Of a DNA stretch of 64,000 bases, positions 9,455 through 17,022 are shown piece after piece (the stretch's first letter is position 1; the number at the start of each line of letters is the position of its first letter). The notes under the pieces were generated by a model. It saw only the letters and a list, made by a program, of their open reading frames with translations, searched no databases and had not been told where the DNA came from. This DNA is from an uncultured virus (IMG/VR IMGVR_UViG_3300022602_000072) (lineage: Duplodnaviria > Heunggongvirae > Uroviricota > Caudoviricetes), in IMG/VR virus record IMGVR_UViG_3300022602_000072; one strand, given 5' to 3'. A program made the position numbers and the translations under genes.

Positions 9455-10172
9455 GGTCTGCTAGCATCCTTTCTAGTTGGGTTAGTGGTTGTTTATATAT
9501 GTTGCCATTCTGTACTCTGATAGGGGAACCGTCCCAGAGCACAGAAATCTTACGCTCACCATATAGGCGTTGCTTTGTACCGTTGCAGTAATAGCATGTT
9601 TGACCACGCTTAAGGTTATGTCCTGTGGCATCACCATGTATACATGGGATTCCATGCCAATTTCTCCAGGGGGCAAGATTTGTTGCATCAGGATGTGTAG
9701 GGCAGGTGATACTGCCGTCAGGCAAGGTGATTACGTTGCCACACATTTGTGGGTTGCACCACGAGTCCATCAATCCTGATGATGAGCATTGCCTACAGCC
9801 CTGCAACTTGCCTGGCTTAATAGGTGCATCACGCTCAGTGATATAGAACTTACCTTTACGACGGTTAACTTGAATGCCAGCGTACTTCCAGATTGTATAT
9901 CGTATGCTTTGGCTATCTAAGCAGTTGAATGAGCTATTCCAATAGGTAGTTATTAAGCCACCTTTGAGTGTCATAGTACTATCTGGATGAATAGTAATAA
10001 GTGGGTGCCTTTTGGTCCAAGGATTGACTATCTGGATATCACCAGAGCGTGACCACTTATTAGCGTATTGAACACGGTTACGCTGACCGTCATAGAGCGT
10101 ACGCTCCCATTTGTTACGACCACGGGCTATGTATGATTGCCACACGTCGTAATCGTGTACTTCCCAACTCAT
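9438..10172 (-). CDS. Hypothetical protein with CxxCxxxG zinc-finger-like motifs
   Basis: CRQCSSSG and CYYCNGT motifs. Confidence 0.65.
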   Translation of the reverse strand: MSWEVHDYDVWQSYIARGRNKWERTLYDGQRNRVQYANKWSRSGDIQIVNPWTKRHPLITIHPDSTMTLKGGLITTYWNSSFNCLDSQSIRYTIWKYAGIQVNRRKGKFYITERDAPIKPGKLQGCRQCSSSGLMDSWCNPQMCGNVITLPDGSITCPTHPDATNLAPWRNWHGIPCIHGDATGHNLKRGQTCYYCNGTKQRLYGERKISVLWDGSPIRVQNGNIYKQPLTQLERMLADHVNEL

Positions 10173-10465
10173 TGTGCCTCCATTGTCTCGAATAAGCCTA
10201 CTGGCTCTGGGTCTGACATGTCAACATACGTTAGTTCTATCAACTGCTCACGTTGGCGCTCTGTTTGTGTTGGAGCTTCTGTCCACCATGAGGATGTGAG
10301 AGATATCACAGACGACTTAGGCTTGAGCATTTGTAGGGCTAAGCCATAGCCATCAAGCAGTCCGTTAGTATATGCACGAGCATTCTGATGCTCTTCGAAG
10401 TGCAGGTCATCTTGAGCCTCAATGATTGCTTGCTCAAGTACCTTGACTATCTTCTTCCGCTTCAT
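10169..10465 (-). CDS. Hypothetical protein
   Basis: ORF with 4-nt overlaps on both sides. Confidence 0.65.
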   Translation of the reverse strand: MKRKKIVKVLEQAIIEAQDDLHFEEHQNARAYTNGLLDGYGLALQMLKPKSSVISLTSSWWTEAPTQTERQREQLIELTYVDMSDPEPVGLFETMEAQ

Positions 10466-10734
10466 ACTAATGACTTACCAAATACAGACGTGGCTTGAGG
10501 GTTGTATACCTTGCCAGTCTTCCAATGTGGGATTGACTTGTGGTCAGCACGACCACCCTTAGCTTTCCAAGCCTCACGCTTTTCATAGCTCTTGATAGTA
10601 CGACCATTGACATGGGTGAAGTTTGTCTTCTCCATCTGCGCTGGTCCTGGGTTTTGCTTGCGAGCCTTGCCGTTTTTACGGTCACCCGCTGTGTTTATCT
10701 TTGGAGCTGGTGCTCCGCCTTTACCTTTTGCCAT
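10462..10734 (-). CDS. Hypothetical basic protein
   Basis: ORF with GAAAGGGG RBS. Confidence 0.7.
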   Translation of the reverse strand: MAKGKGGAPAPKINTAGDRKNGKARKQNPGPAQMEKTNFTHVNGRTIKSYEKREAWKAKGGRADHKSIPHWKTGKVYNPQATSVFGKSLV

Positions 10735-10754
10735 TGTCTGGCCCCTTTCGGAGG

Positions 10755-11006
10755 TTAGTTGATTGTCTCTACACTTGTGTGCAGAGTTGTAATGCCGTCA
10801 TCCCATAGGGCTGACGCTTCCTTGTAGCGAAGTCCTTTGTAAGCAACTGCATCTACAATGAATTCCAGTCGTGCGAGAGAGCGTTCAAAGACTCCTTGAA
10901 CAGTCTCATCAATCAGTAATATGCGTCCCTGCTTAAGGGCTTGTTCTTGTACCTCAGCAATAGTTAGCTCAGGTGAGAGGCGCATTTCAAGATATACATC
11001 GTCCAT
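10755..11006 (-). CDS. Hypothetical protein
   Basis: ORF coupled to upstream stop (TAATG). Confidence 0.65.
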   Translation of the reverse strand: MDDVYLEMRLSPELTIAEVQEQALKQGRILLIDETVQGVFERSLARLEFIVDAVAYKGLRYKEASALWDDGITTLHTSVETIN

Positions 11007-11257
11007 TATTTATGCCAATCTACTCGATAGGTTGTTCCCCATCTGCGATAGGGTGCATCTATGATGCGATATAACTTCCACCACCTATAACATGCTTTAG
11101 ATATAGGTAGGCTATGCTGGTCAGCAAAGTCTTCGTGCTCTATTGCTTTGTGCAATGGGTATGAGGACATATGATTGCAAGCATTAGCAAACCAACGTAA
11201 GGGGAGAATGTTGGTCTTGTGTTCCGGTATGCCCGGAAACAGTTCAAAGAAACTCAC
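11006..11257 (-). CDS. Hypothetical protein
   Basis: GTG start with GAAAGGAG RBS; the longer track start overlaps structured non-coding sequence. Confidence 0.6.
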   Translation of the reverse strand: MSFFELFPGIPEHKTNILPLRWFANACNHMSSYPLHKAIEHEDFADQHSLPISKACYRWWKLYRIIDAPYRRWGTTYRVDWHK

Positions 11258-11288
11258 GGTTACTCCTTTCTGCTGTGATTGTTTATTT

Positions 11289-11318
11289 TGGGCAGTTTTA
11301 ATAGACATGCCCAGGTCT
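11289..11318 (-). ncRNA. Pseudoknot motif copy D
   Basis: AGAC-CUGGGCAU-GUCU-AU-UAAAAC-UGCCCA; compensatory changes in both stems relative to other copies. Confidence 0.7.
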
Positions 11319-11390
11319 TCTAGTGTTGAGGGGAAAAGGGGGAATTTCGTGCCTCGGCACTCCCATACACCCACAGGTACCTCACTAGCG

Positions 11391-11463
11391 TGCCCTCGGC
11401 TGGAATTGAACCAGCAACACCCACCTTAGGACGATGGTGTTCTATCCATTGAACTACGAGGGC
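11391..11463 (-). tRNA. tRNA-Arg (CCU)
   Basis: Cloverleaf: GCCCTCG/CGAGGGC acceptor, GTTC/GAAC D-stem, anticodon loop GTCCTAA, T-loop TTCAATT; no encoded CCA. Confidence 0.88.
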
Positions 11464-11466
11464 AAG

Positions 11467-11500
11467 TGAGCAGTTTTACCTCAGGTCATACTCAGGACCA
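11467..11500 (-). ncRNA. Pseudoknot motif copy C
   Basis: UGGUC-CUGAGUAU-GACC-UGAGG-UAAAAC-UGCUCA, ending 3 nt before the tRNA-Arg 5' end. Confidence 0.7.
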
Positions 11501-11507
11501 AATCTAT

Positions 11508-11795
11508 CTATGACAATAGACCGTGCAGTTCTTCTGAAGAAAGGATGCGGTCAGTTGGTTGAGGCCAATTAACCCAGCCCTCTGGCTGTTCCTGTCCTTC
11601 TTCAAGCCATGGGGAAATACGAACTGCGTAAGGAACCTCCATTAGTCCTACTTCTGGATTTCCTGTGCCATTTTTGAATGCTTCTAGCGTAGCCTTGTAG
11701 ATATCGTCTACATTATTGGCCGCTTCTACATCCATAATGACTTGTGTAGCAACCATCATGGACACACGATGTGTGTATGTCGTTTGCTTAGTCAT
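11508..11795 (-). CDS. Hypothetical protein
   Basis: ORF with AAAGGGA RBS. Confidence 0.7.
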   Translation of the reverse strand: MTKQTTYTHRVSMMVATQVIMDVEAANNVDDIYKATLEAFKNGTGNPEVGLMEVPYAVRISPWLEEGQEQPEGWVNWPQPTDRILSSEELHGLLS

Positions 11796-11836
11796 TTGTA
11801 TCCCTTTCTGTATGTTTTGCGGATTGTTTGTGGTAA

Positions 11837-11864
11837 TGAGCAGTTTATTGTCATACTCAGGACA
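11837..11864 (-). ncRNA. Pseudoknot motif copy B
   Basis: UGUC-CUGAGUAU-GACA-A-UAAAC-UGCUCA. Confidence 0.7.
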
Positions 11865-11868
11865 CGGA

Positions 11869-12096
11869 TTAACCTCTAGCTAAAAGAACCTCAACATCAG
11901 TACCGATAGAGGCAAAGTATGCCAATGAGGGTACGTTGTGCTCTCCGGATATAGGTGCTAGTACTAGCCCATTACACGCTAGAGTCTCAAGCAGTTCACT
12001 GACACCCAAATCAAACCCATTTGATTCTAGGTCATCTATAATTGTGGATGCCATTTCTTGTTGTGCTTTGATACTTGCCTTTAGTTCATCTGTCAT
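11869..12096 (-). CDS. Hypothetical protein
   Basis: ORF with AAGGAG RBS. Confidence 0.7.
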   Translation of the reverse strand: MTDELKASIKAQQEMASTIIDDLESNGFDLGVSELLETLACNGLVLAPISGEHNVPSLAYFASIGTDVEVLLARG

Positions 12097-12121
12097 GGTT
12101 TCTCCTTTTTCGTTGCATGGA

Positions 12122-12155
12122 TGAGCAGTTTTACCTCAGGTCATGCTCAGGACCA
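12122..12155 (-). ncRNA. Pseudoknot motif copy A
   Basis: UGGUC-CUGAGCAU-GACC-UGAGG-UAAAAC-UGCUCA. Confidence 0.7.
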
Positions 12156-12209
12156 ACCACATGTGGACTCTCGTCTCTTAGACCACTTAATGTGTCTCTA
12201 TTAAATTGT

Positions 12210-12644
12210 TTAGCGGATGAACAATGCCCATTGAGTTGATGTATTAATCTTGAACTCAACATCAGTTGAGCCCTCAATTAATGCAATAGCGTTTTGGACT
12301 TGTTCGTAGTCGCTGATTTCTCCACAACCTGCATCTTTATGTTCAGGTTTGCGACTATAACTAGGACGCTCACCTAAGGTCTCAGAAGCTAACTTTATGT
12401 CAAAGCTATACGATAAATCAAAACGGTTGTTATAAACTCCTACATCCGTTTCGTATGCTTTAGCCACATTCTTCTTAGCCCATGCGATTGCCTTTTTATC
12501 CCAAGCATCTTGACGCCTATCAACAGTCGCATAGTTCTTTTCCCATTCGACTATCTCATCGTCCATACGCTTGAGAGTTGCCTGCAACTTTTTGAGCAAG
12601 TCTTTCTTAGCCCAAGTGGTTGCTATGACTTTGGTATTAGCCAT
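12210..12644 (-). CDS. Hypothetical protein
   Basis: Start re-assigned to MANTKV with AAGGAGG RBS. Confidence 0.7.
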   Translation of the reverse strand: MANTKVIATTWAKKDLLKKLQATLKRMDDEIVEWEKNYATVDRRQDAWDKKAIAWAKKNVAKAYETDVGVYNNRFDLSYSFDIKLASETLGERPSYSRKPEHKDAGCGEISDYEQVQNAIALIEGSTDVEFKINTSTQWALFIR

Positions 12645-13062
12645 TACTGGCCCTCCTTTTTGCGTGGTTTTGTTTGTGTTGGTGCATGCATGGTTTATAC
12701 TCCCCATGCGCTGTGAGTTGGTTGTGCATACTATCTCTATACATGTACTCGATAAGGACAATACTGTTCCGAGCCCACGAAGTCTCGGGGAGAGTAAAGG
12801 GTCCACACCCTGGGTTCGATTCTCCTACTAGCGATGGCAAGCCAGTCGTTCGGAGTCTTAGCACCGGTCTTTCCTAACCCAACCTTTCGTGCGAGTCTGT
12901 ATGACTAGGGTTACTGTGTAACCCGAAGCCAGCACAGCACAGAGATTATTCATCGGGTGTGCTGTGGAGGCATCGCATCACACAGGTAAAAGGTGGGCGG
13001 GGGAGCGTACCCTCACACGCTCAACCCCGCCCGCTTGGTGGAGTCGGCACCAAGCATCCTCA

Positions 13063-13395
13063 CTAAATACTATTTTGCTCTCGTCTATAAGCTCGTTCTT
13101 CACGTTCCCTATCCATACGCACTCTATCTACATTAGAGTGATGAGTACAGAGTTGTGACTCACCTCTTGCTTCTCTGCGACAGCGTGTGCCTTTGTCTGT
13201 TATATGTCTACAAGACATAAGATGTGTGTGGCAGTAAAGGCATCGAATAACTATCCACATGGTATCTGTCTTGATTTGTTGTTCCTTACAGACACCATTA
13301 CAACCATCTGCCCAACCTTGATGCCTATCTTCATAGTAATAGGTTGCTGTGTATTGGTGTGTGCCTGGTTCTACGGGCCACAGTATGTTTCCCAT
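13063..13395 (-). CDS. Hypothetical Cys/His-rich (zinc-binding) protein
   Basis: CNGVC, CLYC, C..T..G.RC...LCTHH motifs. Confidence 0.55.
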   Translation of the reverse strand: MGNILWPVEPGTHQYTATYYYEDRHQGWADGCNGVCKEQQIKTDTMWIVIRCLYCHTHLMSCRHITDKGTRCRREARGESQLCTHHSNVDRVRMDREREERAYRREQNSI

Positions 13396-13397
13396 AG

Positions 13398-13649
13398 TTA
13401 TTCAACCACCGTACTGCCAGCACCAAAGAATCTGATTACCTCAGATGATGCTTCGATAAAGGCGCATGTATTTGCCATTAAATCTTCGGGATGGTGCAAG
13501 CCTTCACTTGGCCATGTGTTATCAAGATAGGCTGATAAGCCTGATGTGATTTTCTCAACGAACTCATCCTTGGTCATGAAGCCTAATGACCGTAGGCGTA
13601 GCTCATCGGGTGTGTATTTTGGGTTATCTGATTTAGAGCCCATTACCAT
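13398..13649 (-). CDS. Hypothetical protein
   Basis: ORF with GAAAGGA RBS. Confidence 0.65.
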   Translation of the reverse strand: MVMGSKSDNPKYTPDELRLRSLGFMTKDEFVEKITSGLSAYLDNTWPSEGLHHPEDLMANTCAFIEASSEVIRFFGAGSTVVE

Positions 13650-13921
13650 GTCCTTTCATCATAGGCAGCTAGTGCCTGAGCCAATTCGGGGAAGTATTTG
13701 CCACTTTGGCATTGTCCTGTTTCATGTACATAGGTCCATACGACATATGGGTCATGTGGGCTACGTGGTGCAAGGCACAGGATGATATCCGTACCGGGCG
13801 ATGATTGTTTGTGTTGGAGCACAACTGCGTCAGTTGATACACCACCGTCACCCTGTAGTGCAATGCCGGGGGCGATAGTTACGAACTCATGCTCATCATG
13901 CATCGTAATTAAACCTATCAA
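13643..13921 (-). CDS. Hypothetical protein
   Basis: ORF in packed block; start uncertain. Confidence 0.55.
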   Translation of the reverse strand: MIGLITMHDEHEFVTIAPGIALQGDGGVSTDAVVLQHKQSSPGTDIILCLAPRSPHDPYVVWTYVHETGQCQSGKYFPELAQALAAYDERTW

Positions 13922-14032
13922 AGTTGATTGTCAAGTCCCAGAACAACAGGTTAAACCAGAGTTCCTTGTAAAACCATGAGAATGATAGCCCCAAAGCCGC
14001 ACACCCATTCTTACGTCGCAACAGTATGTTCA

Positions 14033-14269
14033 TTATCCCTCCATCAGGTCTATGTCTACCACGGGCGTGGTAGTACGATACTTGCGTTTGCCATTCAATG
14101 ACCACTCTATGATGAGAGGTCTGCCTATTTCAGCATGTGCCACTTTGATATACGGTGTCCATTCCTCATCACGGGGTAACCGCATGGGGGATGTGTCGGG
14201 GATGCGTATGAAGCGGCGGTTGTTTGTGTTGAACACATATGTACTGTGCTCAGTTATTACCTTGTACAT
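14033..14269 (-). CDS. Hypothetical protein
   Basis: ORF; T..STY and RTTTPVV motifs. Confidence 0.6.
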   Translation of the reverse strand: MYKVITEHSTYVFNTNNRRFIRIPDTSPMRLPRDEEWTPYIKVAHAEIGRPLIIEWSLNGKRKYRTTTPVVDIDLMEG

Positions 14270-14385
14270 ACTTTTCCATTATCTCGGCCATAACTTTAGC
14301 CATAATAATCTCAGCCTGAATCTTGGCTAAGTTACTCTGTATCACATCAAGCTGTTTGGATATCTCTATGATGCGAGCTGTCTCT

Positions 14386-14715
14386 TCATCCTGCATGTTT
14401 CATTACCTCCATTACTTTATCTAACGGCCAGCAAGGGATGCCCTCACCGGTAGAGCCTCTGTCCTCAGGGCTTGTGCCACCTTGGATAGAGTGTCGGTCA
14501 TCTCGCTTGACTGCATCCGTGAGGCATTGCAATTTAACGGGACAACCTTGACAGATAGCTTTTGCTTTGTTTGCTTTCGCAAGACGCTGTTGTCCTCGTT
14601 GTAAATGGTCGTAGTAGAAAAGGTTAGTGTCCATTCCACGACATGAGGCGTTGTCTTGCCATGATAAGTCTTCCCACTTAGGGAAAGTGAGTATGACTGT
14701 TCTCTCATCATTCAT
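14386..14715 (-). CDS. whiB: WhiB-family Fe-S transcription regulator
   Basis: WQDNASC...AKAICQGCPVKLQC four-Cys pattern and SIQGG (variant of the GIWGG turn); AAGGAG RBS. Confidence 0.85.
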   Translation of the reverse strand: MNDERTVILTFPKWEDLSWQDNASCRGMDTNLFYYDHLQRGQQRLAKANKAKAICQGCPVKLQCLTDAVKRDDRHSIQGGTSPEDRGSTGEGIPCWPLDKVMEVMKHAG

Positions 14716-15146
14716 CTCCTTCCTCCCTGAAATCCCAATCTTCTTGGTCACTTTCATACTGCTTGTTAATGATGGTTAGGCTAAGCCAGCCTACCAGCAT
14801 GACTCCGATAAACCAAAGCCACATGGTGTGACTCCTTTCTGTTGAGGGTTTGCTTGGTTGTTTAGCGTGGGTTCTTGTAGCGCCACACAGGTATAGCGAA
14901 GATAACCTTGCCCTTAAGGACAAGCTCAATCTCCATAGTCATGTACGCTTCCTTGTTGGCAGGCGTATGGACTACATATGTACGGTGTAGACCCGACTTC
15001 AGGTCTAGTTCATCAAGGTAGAACATCGGCTTGTAGCCTCTCTTATAGTAGGTAAGAGATACACAGGATTACCTTTACGTAGGCACGCTACGACCTGTGT
15101 ATCCCCCATCAACTACAAGTTCAGCGGGGAAAAATTGGGCGGGGAC

Positions 15147-15401
15147 TTACCAATCACCAAACTCAATGACTAAAGCACCACGGTCACCAATAAAGAAGTA
15201 ACCATTACCATCTGCCTTATCCAACCATTCATCTAGGGCAGAGTGAAGCAGAGCCCTATCAGCGGTAGGCAAATCGCTATTGACTGGCTCATCATCAGCG
15301 TTGATGTAGCGAATCTGTGCTGACACCTCAAGGTGGCTCTCAGTACAGCGAACCCCCATGAAGCAATCCTTACAATCCTGTGACTTAATCTTCTTAGCCA
15401 T
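15147..15401 (-). CDS. Hypothetical protein (CxxC...C...H)
   Basis: Start re-assigned to MAKKIK with AGGAGG RBS. Confidence 0.6.
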   Translation of the reverse strand: MAKKIKSQDCKDCFMGVRCTESHLEVSAQIRYINADDEPVNSDLPTADRALLHSALDEWLDKADGNGYFFIGDRGALVIEFGDW

Positions 15402-15546
15402 TGACTTCCTCCTGTCCATACCAGTATTCATCCTTAATAGCACGACCCAGCAAAGTGCTGTGTCGCTCACAGAGATACAACTTGTTCAGCCCCATAATCT
15501 CAATAGACCACTCGGCTTTGGCATCACATAGCAAGCACTTCATAAC

Positions 15547-15693
15547 TTATCCTTTCTTCCATAGTTTTGGACTCCAGATGAAGGACTCACAACGAGGGCA
15601 ATATGGTGTGTCCTCATTGCCATCCTTCAGGTAAGCATCCAACCGCTTGTTGAGACACACCTTGTGGTGTTTCTTCTCCTTACGAATGCTCAT
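15547..15693 (-). CDS. Hypothetical 48-aa protein (MSIRKEKK...CPRC...)
   Basis: Complete frame left of the N gap, GAAAGGAG RBS; its 5' part is duplicated right of the gap. Confidence 0.55.
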   Translation of the reverse strand: MSIRKEKKHHKVCLNKRLDAYLKDGNEDTPYCPRCESFIWSPKLWKKG

Positions 15694-15958
15694 AGCCTCT
15701 CCTTTCTAAGAGGGCGAAAAATCGGCGGGGANNNNNNNNNNNNNNNNNNNNNNNNNNNNNNNNNNNNNNNNNNNNNNNNNNNNNNNNNNNNNNNNNNNNN
15801 NNNNNNNNNNNNNNNNNNNNNNNNNNNNNNNGGTGTGTCCTCATTGCCATCCTTCAGGTAAGCATCCAACCGCTTGTTGAGACACACCTTGTGGTGTTTC
15901 TTCTCCTTACGAATGCTCATAGCCTCTCCTTTCTAAGAGGGCGAAAAATCGGCGGGGA
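15605..15958. other. Scaffold gap (100 N, 15732-15831) flanked by an exact 127-bp duplication
   Basis: 15605-15731 is identical to 15832-15958. Confidence 0.9.
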
Positions 15959-16533
15959 CTTTCCCAGCCTACTTATTCCTTGTGAACCACGCATAGAGGA
16001 AGAAAGAGGTACTACCCAACCACAAGATAGTGATAGGCAGACCTGATTGCATAGGGTCTAAGAGGCTCATGATTGAGCCTCATTATCCAATGCCTCTAGG
16101 CATGGATTTGAACCACAGCACTGACATTCCATAATAACCTCCTTGTAGATACTCTCCAGATAGAGAGTGAGAGATACATAGGCTCAGGACTGTAATAGTC
16201 ACTGCGTTTAAGTCGTAAACACCTATGTATCTTCCACCAACTACCTGATAATAGAGAAGCCACCAGCCGTCTAATCTGGTCCTACGGCTACGCAGGCATG
16301 GGACTAGTCGGCCAGTGGCTTTTCTTGGATTTTATAGTTGGGCAAGAGTCACTCTGGTTCCGTATGGGAGAAAGCAGGCTAGCATCTCCAATAAGCCACC
16401 AGTCTGTTAGCCCTTACGGGTGCTGGTGCTGTGCTAGATGGTCCACTCCCACCTATGACCATAGATATTGCTACCTATGAGCATAGGAAGGAGTCGGGAG
16501 CAGGGTATGCCCCCGACTCTCCCGTCTAGCCGA

Positions 16534-17022
16534 TTAGACTAGAGCAACCTCGATACCATCGAGGTTGATTAAGGCAAAGAGGCGGTTGTACGCCTCTAGG
16601 GTCTCTCCCTCTAGTGTGGAGACAGAGACAGAGCCGTCCATAATGGCTTCTAGGACGGCTGAAGCAGAATCGAAGCGACGCTTCCAGTTAGGAGCCTTCG
16701 CTTCGAGGTTTTCCTTGACCTCTTCGAGGATAACACGCTGGGTGCGTGAATCATCAACGATGTCAATGTCTGACCAAGCACGGTCAATAGCGTCAAGATA
16801 TTTCTTGACCGCTTCTGGTGACATACCAGACTTGGCAGAGATGTAGCCAGCACGGACTAACTTCACGGCAGAACGCTTGGTGAAGAGCCCAAGAACATCA
16901 GCGGGAGTTTTCTCGCTGTCGTTCTTAAAACGGCTGGCTGATTGCGAGATAATGAATATCTCAGGGGCATTTGACACGGAAGCAATTTGCTCCCATGACA
17001 TGACTGTCGTGTTTTGGGACAC
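16534..17022 (-). CDS. Hypothetical protein, first gene of the leftward arm
   Basis: GTG start with GAAAGGAG RBS. Confidence 0.75.
   Translation of the reverse strand: MSQNTTVMSWEQIASVSNAPEIFIISQSASRFKNDSEKTPADVLGLFTKRSAVKLVRAGYISAKSGMSPEAVKKYLDAIDRAWSDIDIVDDSRTQRVILEEVKENLEAKAPNWKRRFDSASAVLEAIMDGSVSVSTLEGETLEAYNRLFALINLDGIEVALV

Larger units (their letters stand above)
1729..14231. repeat. Dispersed motif CAACACAAACA(A), 10 copies
   Basis: + strand 1729-1740; - strand 3067-3078, 4627-4638, 5927-5938, 7692-7702, 8959-8970, 10262-10272, 12670-12681, 13805-13816, 14220-14231. Confidence 0.93.

Noticed and set aside
11289..12155. Repeats considered as a CRISPR array
   Set aside because: Separated by whole genes rather than 30-40-nt spacers; no cas genes in the window
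12645..12806. N-terminal extension of ORF 12210..12806 (similarly 11258-11374 and 15402-15470)
   Set aside because: Strong RBSs lie at internal starts, and the first two extensions run through structured non-coding sequence
12806..12830. GGTTCGATTC T-loop-like string on + strand
   Set aside because: No acceptor, D or anticodon arms could be assembled; not called a tRNA
15605..15958. 127-bp direct repeat flanking a 100-N run
   Set aside because: An exact 127-bp overlap around a round 100-N gap matches a k=127 assembler scaffolding artefact; not treated as a biological repeat or attachment site
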